From NCBI GenBank assembly GCA_047632595.1, contig JBLIDK010000003.1, forward strand, positions 9,003 through 73,002: DNA of 64,000 nt, written 5' to 3'. The position numbers were made by a program, and so were the translations under genes. Under the pieces are notes generated by a model. That model had not been told where the DNA came from, did not search any database, and saw nothing but the letters and a program-made list of their open reading frames with translations. The DNA is from Sphingobacteriales bacterium. GTDB taxonomy: Bacteria > Bacteroidota > Bacteroidia > Sphingobacteriales > Sphingobacteriaceae. This document shows, piece by piece, positions 1 through 8,863 of the stretch (its first letter is position 1; each line of letters begins with the position of its first letter).

Positions 1-264
1 GGAGCCGATAAGTTTATGTCGTCGAGAGATTATGTTATTGAAGAAGTGAATTCAGTTAGCAATCAAATAGCCACATTAAAAAAAGATCTACGTAATGGTC
101 ACATAAGTGAGGAAGAGTGGCAACAATATTTTCCTATAGAGAGTACCAATGTTCAAAATATTATGATTTATACTAAAAACTATGTTGGTGCATTAGATTA
201 TAGTTATAGTGTCTTTGAAAAATCTAAGGCTTCAGCCGATAGTCTTTTTAACCTGTATAAATAA
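1..264 (+). CDS. Hypothetical small protein; may be the 3' end of a longer ORF cut by the window edge
   Basis: The ORF runs 16..264. The frame stays open back to base 1 (GADKF precedes the Met). Its stop overlaps the anmK start (TAATG). I recognise no family. Confidence 0.35.
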   Translation, partial: GADKFMSSRDYVIEEVNSVSNQIATLKKDLRNGHISEEEWQQYFPIESTNVQNIMIYTKNYVGALDYSYSVFEKSKASADSLFNLYK

Positions 265-1310
265 TGCCAAAAAGGGAATACTTAGCACTTGGTTTAATGT
301 CTGGAACATCCTTAGATGGTTTGGACATAGCCTTAGTTAGGTATTCGAAAGAAACTTCGTGGAAGTATGAAGTCTTAAAAACACATTTTGTTGCTTATAC
401 TAAAGAGTGGAAGGAGCGATTAGAATCTTCGATTAAGTTAAAAGAAGAGACTTTAATAAAACTAGACTCAGATTACGGGAGGTTAATAGGTATAGAAGTA
501 AGGGCATTTTTAAAGGAAAGTAAAACTAAACCTCAATTTATTGCCTCCCACGGACACACTGTTTTTCATCAGCCAGAGAATGGCTTTACCTTACAAATAG
601 GTTCAGGAGCTCAAATTGCTAGTATAGCAGGCGTTAAAACCATTTGTGATTTTAGAAGTACTGATGTTGCGTTAGGTGGTCAAGGCGCACCACTTGTTCC
701 TGTTGCAGATAAATATTTGTTTAGCAATTACGACGCTTGTATTAATATAGGAGGCTTCGCGAATGTTAGTTTCCCAAAATCTACCCCTTTACTAGGCTTT
801 GATATTTGTCCGGTTAACGTATTGCTTAACACTTATGCCCAAAAAGTAGGACAAGAGTACGATAAAGATGGGCTTATAGCCGCAAAGGGAAACTTAAATA
901 AAGCCTTACTCACAAAATTGCTAGAAGCAACTAAGGGCAGAACAAACTCATTAGGAGTAGAATGGGTAGAACAAGTTTTGATGCCCTTGCTAGCCATTAA
1001 TAGCTCTGTTGAGGATATCATTACTACTCTAACTCATTATTCTGCAGAAAGTATCGCATCGGTTTTAACCGAAAAAAACTGTAAAACAGCCTTATTAACT
1101 GGGGGAGGCGCCTTAAACACCTATTTAGTTGAGCAAATTAAGGATATGACTGCTTGTGAAATTTTAGTTCCTGAAAAGGAATGTATTGAATTTAAAGAGG
1201 CAATTGCCTTTGGCTTTTTAGGAGTTTTGAGAATGGAAGAAGTTCCTAATGTATATAAAAGTGTAACTGGCGCTTCACGCGATTCCGTTTCTGGAGCTAT
1301 CTACCTCTAA
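264..1310 (+). CDS. anmK: Anhydro-N-acetylmuramic acid kinase
   Basis: The N-terminal motif GLMSGTSLDGLDIALV is typical of AnmK. The 348-aa length fits the family. Confidence 0.9.
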   Translation: MPKREYLALGLMSGTSLDGLDIALVRYSKETSWKYEVLKTHFVAYTKEWKERLESSIKLKEETLIKLDSDYGRLIGIEVRAFLKESKTKPQFIASHGHTVFHQPENGFTLQIGSGAQIASIAGVKTICDFRSTDVALGGQGAPLVPVADKYLFSNYDACINIGGFANVSFPKSTPLLGFDICPVNVLLNTYAQKVGQEYDKDGLIAAKGNLNKALLTKLLEATKGRTNSLGVEWVEQVLMPLLAINSSVEDIITTLTHYSAESIASVLTEKNCKTALLTGGGALNTYLVEQIKDMTACEILVPEKECIEFKEAIAFGFLGVLRMEEVPNVYKSVTGASRDSVSGAIYL

Positions 1311-1710
1311 ATTTTTGATCTAGGCTAAAGGTACCTGGGCCAATAAAGAAGAATCCTGCGAAAACTGCAAAAAGTTCTAGTGCGTGGTTAAATCCTGAAA
1401 ACCCATCTCCAGAACTGAAGTGATACCAAAAAGCTACGAACATTGTTATTGCTAAAAAAAGAGAGGCTGGTTTGAAGAATAAACCGAGTGCAAAAAGGAA
1501 TCCACCAATGAATTCTGAGGCCGAACCCATGAATCCCCACATGATTGGTAGGAAATCTATACCAAGATGCGACATAGTGGAACCGAGCTTCTCCCATTTA
1601 TCCACACCAGAAAAGAGCTTAGGAAAGCCATGAAACATGAAGGAAACCCCTATGAATAGACGTAAAATCAAAATTCCGATGTTTTTATGTTTGTAAATTG
1701 TGGATAACAT
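1297..1710 (-). CDS. DoxX family membrane protein
   Basis: 137 aa with four hydrophobic segments and the DoxX-like motif LRLFIGVSFMFHGFPKL. The 3' end overlaps anmK convergently by 14 nt. Confidence 0.75.
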   Translation of the reverse strand: MLSTIYKHKNIGILILRLFIGVSFMFHGFPKLFSGVDKWEKLGSTMSHLGIDFLPIMWGFMGSASEFIGGFLFALGLFFKPASLFLAITMFVAFWYHFSSGDGFSGFNHALELFAVFAGFFFIGPGTFSLDQKFRGR

Positions 1711-1877
1711 GTTAATTATGGTCTAAATAAATGGTGCTAAAATTATACTCGAAGAATAAAGGTACATCTAAGAATATTGTATTTAAAAATAAAGAAAAAA
1801 GATAATATTCCTGTTTGTTTTAAGTTTAATCTTTACATAAATTCTATATTTAGCAAACCAATTAGCTCTTTAAAAAA

Positions 1878-2453
1878 ATGAAAAAGTCAACACTATTATT
1901 AACAGTAATCTTCGTAATAGCTACAATTGCGGTTAGCTGCGGTCCTAAGGACGAAGAATTGAAAATCTATGCGAAGATGACCCCTGAGCAAATCAGGCAA
2001 ATGAAAATGAACTACGAAGCAAAGTTGAAAGACGCAGCTGCTGTGAAAACAGAGTTGAAAGCTTCGGGCGAAAGAGAAGATTCTCTTTTACGTTTGTACA
2101 ATGCGGCAAGTGCTAAGCTTAAAATGGCTAACACTGAAATATCTAGCGCCCTAGAAGAAGCTGAAATGGCTAAATCTGGAGTAGAAAAAGGTATTGTGTT
2201 TAAAGTACAAATTGGTGCATTTAAAGCATTTAATATGAACGATCAAATGACAAGTGCCAATGGTATGACAGTCGTAAAAGAAGACGGCCTAAACAAATAC
2301 TATGTAGGGTCTTTCAAAACGTTTGATCAAGCAAATTCATTCAAGAAGGATTTAGCGAAAATCGGTGTGCAAGGTGGCTTTGTAGTTGCTTTCCAAGATG
2401 GAGTTAAAACTGGACTTGAAGCGGCTAAAATGAAAACTGGCGGTAAAAAGTAA
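1878..2453 (+). CDS. SPOR-domain lipoprotein
   Basis: Lipoprotein signal (IAVSCG). The C-terminus resembles a SPOR domain (FKVQIGAFKAF...YYVGSFKTFDQANSFKKDLAKIG). Confidence 0.7.
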   Translation: MKKSTLLLTVIFVIATIAVSCGPKDEELKIYAKMTPEQIRQMKMNYEAKLKDAAAVKTELKASGEREDSLLRLYNAASAKLKMANTEISSALEEAEMAKSGVEKGIVFKVQIGAFKAFNMNDQMTSANGMTVVKEDGLNKYYVGSFKTFDQANSFKKDLAKIGVQGGFVVAFQDGVKTGLEAAKMKTGGKK

Positions 2454-2470
2454 TTGTGTAAATTAAATTT

Positions 2471-2516
2471 AAAATCTCATTTGTCCGCCTCAGGCGGACG
2501 GATGGGATTTTTTTTG
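2471..2516 (+). terminator. Rho-independent terminator of the SPOR lipoprotein gene
   Basis: A GTCCGCC-tca-GGCGGAC stem is extended by an outer atctcat/atgggat pairing and followed by a T8 run. Confidence 0.75.
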
Positions 2517-2712
2517 TGCTATACTTTTTTTTAATAGTAAGCTCATCGTTTAGAATCTTCCTGGAATTAGGACTAACTTATTAAAGTCTGCAGGCCAATT
2601 GGGCGATACGGTAACAGTATTCGCTCGTGCCGCGAGGGCAATTACTTTTTGACCTATCAACCACGTAGTGCTCACGAAGGCCTTTAAAAACAAACAAGAT
2701 TGAGTAAAAAAT

Positions 2713-2773
2713 AAGAGCCCCTGCGGCTAGAGCAGATAGGAACAGAAAACGGTGAAATAGCCACATAGGTTAC
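2713..2773. repeat. Intergenic repeat module, copy 1 (related to 7381..7441)
   Basis: By-eye alignment to 7381..7441 gives roughly three-quarters identity with a few indels. The shared core is GCC.CTGCGGCT.GA.CAGAT...CAGAAAA...CCACA.AGG..TAC. Confidence 0.55.
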
Positions 2774-2873
2774 TTACGTCATTTTCCTACGAAAGATAAA
2801 AATTTATCAAGGGTCTCAGCATGACTGAATTTTTATGAATGTTTTCTTACCTTCCCATATCAAAAACCATTTC

Positions 2874-4913
2874 ATGAAAAACCTTTCAATTCTTCTTTTT
2901 CTAGCACTTTCCATTTCTGCATACAGTCAAGAGCCTTGCTCTTTTGATGCAGTGAACAAGAAAGTAGAAATAACGCAAACCGAAAAGGTAATACAACAAT
3001 TTCTAAATTCTACTCGCTTAAACAAAGCCGCTACGCACGATACATTAACTATTCCCGTGGTAGTTCACTTAATTCATAACGGAGGGAATGAGAATATATC
3101 AGAAGCTCAAATTGAAAGTCAAATCCAAATATTAAATGAAGATTTTGGAAAAATGACAGGAACCAACGGTGAGGGTTTAGGTGTAGATACTAGATTAAGG
3201 TTCTGCCTTGCAAAAATAGACCCGAATGGAAATTGTAGCAATGGAATAGTTAGATTAAAATCGGATCTAACTATTCATGATGCTGGTGAACGTGCCATGT
3301 TGAAGCAATTAAGTTTCTGGGACAATAAAAAATATTTAAACTTCTATGTAGTTCGAACAATTACTAATGGCTCTGGCGGGTATTCATCATTCCCTGGCGG
3401 ACCTGATGATGCCGATGGAATTGTAGTCAGAGCTAATTTGTTTGGAAATATTGGTACTGCAGGGTCTGGATTAGGGAGAACCGCAACTCACGAAATAGGA
3501 CATTGGTCTGGTGTATATCACACCTTTCAAAACGGTTGCGGAACTGATACGTGTACAGATGGTGATTACGTATGTGATACACCTCCAGTTGAAGAGCCTA
3601 GTTACACCTGTGATTCTACAAACACCTGTTCAAACGATATTCCAAATAGGAAGAATATGGTTGAAAACTACATGGATTATACCCCAGATGAGTGTCAAAG
3701 TACTTTTACTTCAGGGCAAGCGGCAAGAATGCATGCAACAATGGATACAATTCGTACACAAATATGGACTCAAGAAAATCTGGTAGCCACTGGCTGTGAT
3801 GCGGGCTACTCTCCGCCATTTGTTTGCCCAGTTGTGGCAGACTTTGTTACATTAAGCACAAATATTTGTGATGGGAACTCTATTTATTTTATGGATAGGT
3901 CATTAAATTCTGCTACTTCGTGGAAATGGACTTTTGAGGGAGGCTACCCGGCAACTTCAATCGAGCAGAACCCAACCGTCTCCTATAATGACATTGGGGT
4001 CTTTAAAGTGAAGTTAGTAGCCTCAGACGGACAGTTTACAGATAGCATTGAGCGTACTGCCTACATAACAGTTGCTTCTCCAGGAAAAGGGGATTGGCTT
4101 TCTTTTGGAGAAAGCTTTGATTTGGGAGTAATACCAGAGCCTTCTGTGAAAATTGAGAATCCCGATTCTGGTATAACTTGGGTTTTAGATTCAAATGCAT
4201 CAACTTCAGGTAAATATTCAATTCGTATTGATAATCTAACCAATGAAATTTACGGTTCGGCGGATGATATTGTTTTGCCTCCATTAAATTTAAAAGTTGC
4301 TCATCCCGATTCTGATGTGGTAATGACCTATAATTGGGCTTGGGCTAAAACGAATGAAACCTTTTCTGATGAAATGTCGGTATTGCTTTCAACAGATTGT
4401 GGAATTACCTACAAGCGTATTTTTTATAGAACCGATGCTGCATTAGCAACGGGAGCAACACAAACTTCAGTATATATTCCTGAAGCTTCAGAGTGGAAGT
4501 CGGCTAACATTAATTTGCAGAATTACCGAGACGAGGAATTTGTGTTGATTCGTATTCAAAACGTTCCTGATGGCGGTAACTATTTATACATTGATGATAT
4601 TTATGTTGGTGATGGTACAAAAGCGAGAACCAGCATTGATAATAGCGCAAATTTTCATTTAGATATTAGCTTGTATCCAAATCCAACAAGTAATTCGGCA
4701 AGTTTGACAGTTAACCTGCTTCAAACTTCAGTTGCTGAGATATCAATTAGCGATTTGCAGGGTAGAGTTATCACAAGTTTTACTAAAACCCTTTCTTCTG
4801 GCTCTTCGAATTTGGGGTTAAAAACAGAATTATTACCTGGAGGGGTGTTTTTAGTAACAGCCAAAATTGAAGAGGCATCTAAAACTTTGAGATTGGTTAA
4901 AATAGATTACTAG
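2874..4913 (+). CDS. Secreted M43 (pappalysin/cytophagalysin-like) zinc metalloprotease with a PKD-like domain and a T9SS type A C-terminal sorting domain
   Basis: HEIGHWSGVYH zinc motif. A signal peptide begins at the internal Met (MKNLSILLFLALSISAYSQ). PKD-like WKWTFEGG segment. The C-terminus has LYPNPTSN and a beta-rich tail. Confidence 0.85.
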   Translation: MKNLSILLFLALSISAYSQEPCSFDAVNKKVEITQTEKVIQQFLNSTRLNKAATHDTLTIPVVVHLIHNGGNENISEAQIESQIQILNEDFGKMTGTNGEGLGVDTRLRFCLAKIDPNGNCSNGIVRLKSDLTIHDAGERAMLKQLSFWDNKKYLNFYVVRTITNGSGGYSSFPGGPDDADGIVVRANLFGNIGTAGSGLGRTATHEIGHWSGVYHTFQNGCGTDTCTDGDYVCDTPPVEEPSYTCDSTNTCSNDIPNRKNMVENYMDYTPDECQSTFTSGQAARMHATMDTIRTQIWTQENLVATGCDAGYSPPFVCPVVADFVTLSTNICDGNSIYFMDRSLNSATSWKWTFEGGYPATSIEQNPTVSYNDIGVFKVKLVASDGQFTDSIERTAYITVASPGKGDWLSFGESFDLGVIPEPSVKIENPDSGITWVLDSNASTSGKYSIRIDNLTNEIYGSADDIVLPPLNLKVAHPDSDVVMTYNWAWAKTNETFSDEMSVLLSTDCGITYKRIFYRTDAALATGATQTSVYIPEASEWKSANINLQNYRDEEFVLIRIQNVPDGGNYLYIDDIYVGDGTKARTSIDNSANFHLDISLYPNPTSNSASLTVNLLQTSVAEISISDLQGRVITSFTKTLSSGSSNLGLKTELLPGGVFLVTAKIEEASKTLRLVKIDY

Positions 4914-5004
4914 AACAAGTATTTAGAACAACTGTTTTTATTTACGGCAGTTTGGGCTTTTCGAAGTCTCAAGATATTTGATTTAGCAGTCCGCCACCTT
5001 TTGG

Positions 5005-5182
5005 GTCATTTCGACTGTAAGGAGAAATCTTCCTTCATTTTTAAGCAAAACTTGAAAGCGGAGTATTGACATTAAGCTAATTCAATCAAGAATCGGGCAG
5101 CATCCAGTGACTTCCTTTTGAAAATAGCTGTTGCTCAACTTAAGGTAGATTTCTCTCTTCGTTGCACTCCGTTCGCAATGAC
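5005..5182. repeat. Imperfect inverted-repeat pair flanking ~120 bp (MITE/REP-like)
   Basis: Left arm is gtcatttcgactgtaaggagaaatc (5005..5029). The reverse complement of 5148..5182 is gtcattgcgaacggagtgcaacgaagagagaaatc. The termini gtcatt.cga and agaaatc are shared. Confidence 0.45.
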
Positions 5183-5239
5183 TGCCTAGAGTTGAGGCGC
5201 TTCTTTCTTGCTAGCCCCAAAGATGGTTTGAAAATTTAA

Positions 5240-5315
5240 GCTCCTCCTCTCCCCGATACATCGGGGAGGACCCTCTGATTAATCCCGATGAATCGGGACT
5301 CTAACCAGCGGAGTC
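5240..5315 (-). pseudogene. Degraded copy of tRNA-Asn with its arms replaced by palindromes
   Basis: It shares the 3' acceptor strand plus flank (aagctcctcctct), the variable-region/anticodon 3' stem (ggaccctctgattaa) and the D-loop (ctctaaccagc) with the intact tRNA at 5458..5531. The T-arm is replaced by ctccccga-taca-tcggggag. The anticodon 5' side is replaced by tcccga-tgaa-tcggga. The 5' acceptor strand is missing. Confidence 0.6.
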
Positions 5316-5323
5316 TTGTTTTT

Positions 5324-5350
5324 CACATGGATGTTCCATGGGTTTTTTTT
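5324..5350 (+). terminator. Orphan plus-strand terminator-like hairpin with a T8 run
   Basis: catgg-atgtt-ccatg forms a 5-bp stem and is followed by gg and a T8 run. No plus-strand ORF ends nearby; the nearest ends at 4913. Confidence 0.35.
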
Positions 5351-5414
5351 ATTTTAAAAGTATAAATGTTCTGCCCAATTATTCCAACTTGTTAGTAAAA
5401 CTGAAAAACCTCCA

Positions 5415-5446
5415 TAAAAAAAGCCTCTACACATCGTGTAAAGGCT
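5415..5446 (-). terminator. Terminator downstream of tRNA-Asn
   Basis: agcct(c)tacac-atc-gtgta(a)aggct forms a 10-bp stem with one mismatch. It is followed on the minus strand by a T6-7 run. Confidence 0.55.
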
Positions 5447-5457
5447 TTAATTTTAAG

Positions 5458-5531
5458 CTCCTCCTCTTGGACTCGAACCAAGGACCCTCTGATTAACAGT
5501 CAGATGCTCTAACCAGCTGAGCTAAGGAGGA
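5458..5531 (-). tRNA. tRNA-Asn (anticodon GTT)
   Basis: The minus-strand sequence is TCCTCCTTAGCTCAGCTGGTTAGAGCATCTGACTGTTAATCAGAGGGTCCTTGGTTCGAGTCCAAGAGGAGGAG. It has a 7-bp acceptor stem, a TCTGA/TCAGA anticodon stem with loop CTGTTAA, and a T-loop TTCGAGT. CCA is not encoded. Confidence 0.93.
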
Positions 5532-5556
5532 ATTAGATTACCTTAAAAAGGGAGTG

Positions 5557-5564
5557 CAAAACTA
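5557..5564 (-). promoter_or_regulatory. Candidate Bacteroidetes -7 box (TAGTTTTG) for tRNA-Asn
   Basis: Matches TAnnTTTG. A TTG lies 20 nt upstream. The box sits about 25 nt upstream of the mature 5' end. Confidence 0.4.
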
Positions 5565-5579
5565 TGACTTCTCTATTAA

Positions 5580-5598
5580 TTGTGCAATATTTGCACAA
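5580..5598. promoter_or_regulatory. Perfect palindrome TTGTGCAA-tat-TTGCACAA between tRNA-Asn and the pfkB-family gene
   Basis: Two 8-bp perfect inverted arms with a 3-nt spacer lie in the divergent promoter region. Confidence 0.3.
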
Positions 5599-5617
5599 AC
5601 TAATTAACATTTATTTT

Positions 5618-6544
5618 ATGAGCCTTCTAGTAATCGGCACGGTAGCCTTCGATAAAATTGAAACTCCTTTCGGAAAAACAGACAAAATTGTTGGCGGTGC
5701 AGCCACATATATTGGCTACGCAGCTTCCTATTTTACCAATAAAATCAACCTTGTAGCAGTAGTTGGTGATGATTTTCCTAAAGAGGAAATTAAAGAAATG
5801 CAAAGCCGAGGAATGAACACCGAAGGTCTTCAAATAAAAGAAGGAGAAAAATCTTTTTTCTGGCATGGAAAGTATCACATCGACATGAATACTCGCGATA
5901 CTTTGGATACTCAGCTAAATGTTTTAGCAGATTTTGACCCAATTATTCCTGAATCTTACCAAAATTGTGATTTCTTAATGCTAGGAAATTTAACTCCAGC
6001 AATTCAATTGAAAGTTATTAAAGGAATGAAAAAACGTCCGAAGTTAATAGCTCTTGATACCATGAATTTTTGGATGGATGTTGCTTGGGATGATTTATTG
6101 TTAACGCTTAAAGAAGTAGACTTGCTTACCATCAACGATGAAGAAGCCCGTCAATTAAGTGGAGAATATTCATTAGTAAAGGCTGCTAAGAAGATTCAAA
6201 CAATGGGCCCAAAGTATTTAGTGATTAAAAAAGGGGAGCACGGAGCCTTATTATTTCATAAAAACGAAGTGTTTTTTGCACCAGCATTGCCATTAGAGGA
6301 AGTTTTCGACCCAACTGGGGCTGGAGATACTTTTGCAGGTGGCTTTATTGGTTATTTATGCAAAACTCGAGATATCTCTTTCGAGAATATGAAGCGCGGA
6401 ATTATTTTCGGCTCTGCAATGGCCTCTTTCTGTGTTGAGAAGTTCGGTAAACAACGTTTAATGGAGCTTTCTCAGGATGATGTTGAAGGCAGAGTACAAG
6501 AGTTTATCAATTTGGTTCAGTTTGATATTGAATTGGAAGACTAA
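5618..6544 (+). CDS. PfkB-family carbohydrate/nucleoside kinase
   Basis: DPTGAGDTFAGGF PfkB signature and a ribokinase-like layout. I chose the start at the internal Met (MSLLVIGTVAFD) rather than 5564. Confidence 0.85.
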   Translation: MSLLVIGTVAFDKIETPFGKTDKIVGGAATYIGYAASYFTNKINLVAVVGDDFPKEEIKEMQSRGMNTEGLQIKEGEKSFFWHGKYHIDMNTRDTLDTQLNVLADFDPIIPESYQNCDFLMLGNLTPAIQLKVIKGMKKRPKLIALDTMNFWMDVAWDDLLLTLKEVDLLTINDEEARQLSGEYSLVKAAKKIQTMGPKYLVIKKGEHGALLFHKNEVFFAPALPLEEVFDPTGAGDTFAGGFIGYLCKTRDISFENMKRGIIFGSAMASFCVEKFGKQRLMELSQDDVEGRVQEFINLVQFDIELED

Positions 6545-6567
6545 TTTTTGCTTTTCATAAACTGCTT

Positions 6568-7347
6568 ATGGAGAAAATACGTTCTCTTGTTATGCGGTTC
6601 ATATTTCTTCTAATTATTTCATCATTTGCGTCAGCTACTATGGCGCAAAACACTACCTTTTTTATAGGGGAGCGCTTAGACTATAAATTCAAATACGGCT
6701 TTGTGGGAATGGGTGAAGGTTCTCTTGAAGTTAGGGAGCTCTTAGACCCTTATATGGGCAAGCCAGTGCTTCATCTTGTTGCAAGTGGAAGAACCGCCCC
6801 TATGGCCGATGTATTTGTTAAAATGCGTAACCGCTACGATAGTTATATTGATACAAATACCTTATTGCCTGTTTTGTATCAAGAAAACGTTAAAGAAGGC
6901 TCATATACTCGAAATGGGTACCTAGTTTTTCAACGAGATGACTCCGTTGTTTTTGATCATAAGGGAAAGAATTTTGAAATAGGTCCCGAAACAATGGATA
7001 TTATTTCCTATTTCTATAAGTTTCGAACCGTTTTTGCCGAAAGTCTAAAAATCGATTCTATCTATTCCAATTCTTGTTTTTTAATGGATGAGTTGTTTGA
7101 GGTAAGTTTTAGATTTTTAGGAACGGATAAAATCAGGACGAAGTTTGGAAGGGTGGAGTGTCTGGTAATTCAACCCATTATTCCGGCAGGTAGCGTTTTT
7201 GTTGATGATGAAAACGCCCGTATTTGGATAACTAATGATAAGAACAAGGTTCCTGTTAAAGTTAAAATTGAATTACTTTTTGGATCTATAACTGCTGTTT
7301 TAACTGAGTATGATGGGTTATTGAATGAGTCGTTGTTGGATGATTAA
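6568..7347 (+). CDS. Secreted protein, possibly DUF3108-like
   Basis: Signal peptide. The beta-rich pattern (ERLDYKFKYGFVGMGEGSLEV...) is reminiscent of DUF3108. This rests on weak recognition by eye only. Confidence 0.4.
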   Translation: MEKIRSLVMRFIFLLIISSFASATMAQNTTFFIGERLDYKFKYGFVGMGEGSLEVRELLDPYMGKPVLHLVASGRTAPMADVFVKMRNRYDSYIDTNTLLPVLYQENVKEGSYTRNGYLVFQRDDSVVFDHKGKNFEIGPETMDIISYFYKFRTVFAESLKIDSIYSNSCFLMDELFEVSFRFLGTDKIRTKFGRVECLVIQPIIPAGSVFVDDENARIWITNDKNKVPVKVKIELLFGSITAVLTEYDGLLNESLLDD

Positions 7348-7380
7348 GCTTTGTGACTGATCCGATTCCGCCGGGAAAGA

Positions 7381-7441
7381 AGAAGCCGCTGCGGCTTGAA
7401 CAGATGAAAAGCAGAAAAGTAAATGAACCACAAAGGACTAC
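7381..7441. repeat. Intergenic repeat module, copy 2 (related to 2713..2773)
   Basis: See 2713..2773. The neighbouring segment 7358..7380 also resembles, in inverse orientation, 5089..5110 (gaatcgg...atc.agt.ac). Confidence 0.55.
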
Positions 7442-7496
7442 AGATTTTGTGCCTAAAATTCAGCCCTTCAAACTGAGCACTCCAGTGTAATCGGGA

Positions 7497-8486
7497 CTAA
7501 AACCAATCCTGTTTAATTAAATACTCAGCAATTTGAACGGTATTAGTAGCCGCACCTTTTCTAAGATTATCAGCAACAATCCAAAGGTTGAGCGTTTTTT
7601 CTTGCGATTCATCTCTGCGTATACGCCCAACAAAAACTTCGTCCTTGCCGTGAGCACTTCGTGGCATAGGGTAGGAGTTGTTTTCAGGATCATCCAAAAT
7701 AATTAGACCTTCAGTATTGGAAAGTAAAGTTCGAACCTCGTCTAAATCAAATTCATTATGAAATTCAATATTAACTGCCTCAGAATGTCCACCAACAACC
7801 GGTACCCTTACTGCCGTTGCAGTAATTCCAATTGAATTGTCTTGAAGGATTTTGTGTGTCTCGTTTACAAGCTTTAACTCCTCTTTGGTATAACCATTTG
7901 GATAGAACACATCGCAATGAGGAATACAATTTTTGTCAATATCATGTGGGTAGGCTTTTTCACCAACTATACCATTTCGCTCATCTTCTAATTGCTTAAC
8001 CGCTTTTACTCCGGTGCCAGTTATGCTTTGGTAAGTTGAAATTACAAGGCGCTTAATTTTATACTTATCGTGCAAAGGTGATAAAGTTGCTACCAATTGA
8101 ATTGTGGAACAATTTGGGTTAGCGATAATGCGATCTCCTTTTTTAATTACGGCACCATTTACTTCTGGGACCACTAAAGGAGTGTTTTCATCCATTCTCC
8201 AAGCTGAAGAATTGTCAATTACAGTAATGCCATTCTCAGCAAATAATGGAGAAAACTCAGTTGAAGTTTCATCACCTGCAGAAAAAAGGGCAATAGCTGG
8301 CTTCATTTTAATAGCATCTAGTATCGAAACAACTTTATACGCTTTGCCTTTAAAATTAATTTCTTTGCCTACACTTCGTACACTAGCAACCGGTACCAAT
8401 TCACTTACTGGAAAATTGCGTTCAGTTAATACTTTAAGCATTTCCTGTCCAACTAAACCTGTTGCTCCTACTATTGCTATTTTCAT
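7497..8486 (-). CDS. asd: Aspartate-semialdehyde dehydrogenase
   Basis: MKIAIVGATGLVGQEM Rossmann start, an IANPNCSTI active-site Cys region, and a 329-aa length. Confidence 0.92.
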   Translation of the reverse strand: MKIAIVGATGLVGQEMLKVLTERNFPVSELVPVASVRSVGKEINFKGKAYKVVSILDAIKMKPAIALFSAGDETSTEFSPLFAENGITVIDNSSAWRMDENTPLVVPEVNGAVIKKGDRIIANPNCSTIQLVATLSPLHDKYKIKRLVISTYQSITGTGVKAVKQLEDERNGIVGEKAYPHDIDKNCIPHCDVFYPNGYTKEELKLVNETHKILQDNSIGITATAVRVPVVGGHSEAVNIEFHNEFDLDEVRTLLSNTEGLIILDDPENNSYPMPRSAHGKDEVFVGRIRRDESQEKTLNLWIVADNLRKGAATNTVQIAEYLIKQDWF

Positions 8487-8805
8487 TTGCTATCTACTGA
8501 AGGGTAAAATTACAACAATAGAATTTATGTAGAATAACAATTTTTTGTATTTCTAAGAGTGACAAATTTAGGAATTAGTAAGTATACTGATTGAATGGCA
8601 AATGTATTACATTGATGACGCAAGCTAAGTAGGCCTAATGCTGCGTAAAAAACCAACTGAGCCAAATTATATATTGCCGCGCAACCTTTCCAAACAATTG
8701 GTCTCTTTAGGTTAATAAGTATTCAGTTTTTAGGTACTTTATTATTTGTTGACAATTAAATGACGGAAATAGCACTTCAAAATTTGAATAAGACCTTATA
8801 AATCT

Positions 8806-8813
8806 TATCTTTG
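8806..8813 (+). promoter_or_regulatory. Candidate -7 box (TATCTTTG) upstream of the cargo island
   Basis: TAnnTTTG match with a TTG 19 nt upstream. It lies 50 nt before the ATG at 8864. Confidence 0.35.
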
Positions 8814-8863
8814 AAGTTGCCTTAAAAGCACTAAACATTAATTATTTTAACTCCTACAATATC

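Noticed and set aside
2581-2766. 61-aa minus-strand ORF in the spacer before the M43 protease gene
   Set aside because: It lies entirely within an intergenic repeat module that has a non-coding copy at 7381..7441. I recognise no family, and the composition is odd. It is most likely a chance ORF.
4914-5563. Genomic island or integrated element at tRNA-Asn
   Set aside because: The partial tRNA copy suggested an att-site duplication. However, the two copies are only ~140 bp apart. No integrase, transposase or phage gene lies on either side. The shared sequence extends beyond the tRNA 3' end, which fits a local duplication better.
8104-8532. 142-aa plus-strand ORF
   Set aside because: It is a shadow ORF antisense to the well-supported asd gene.
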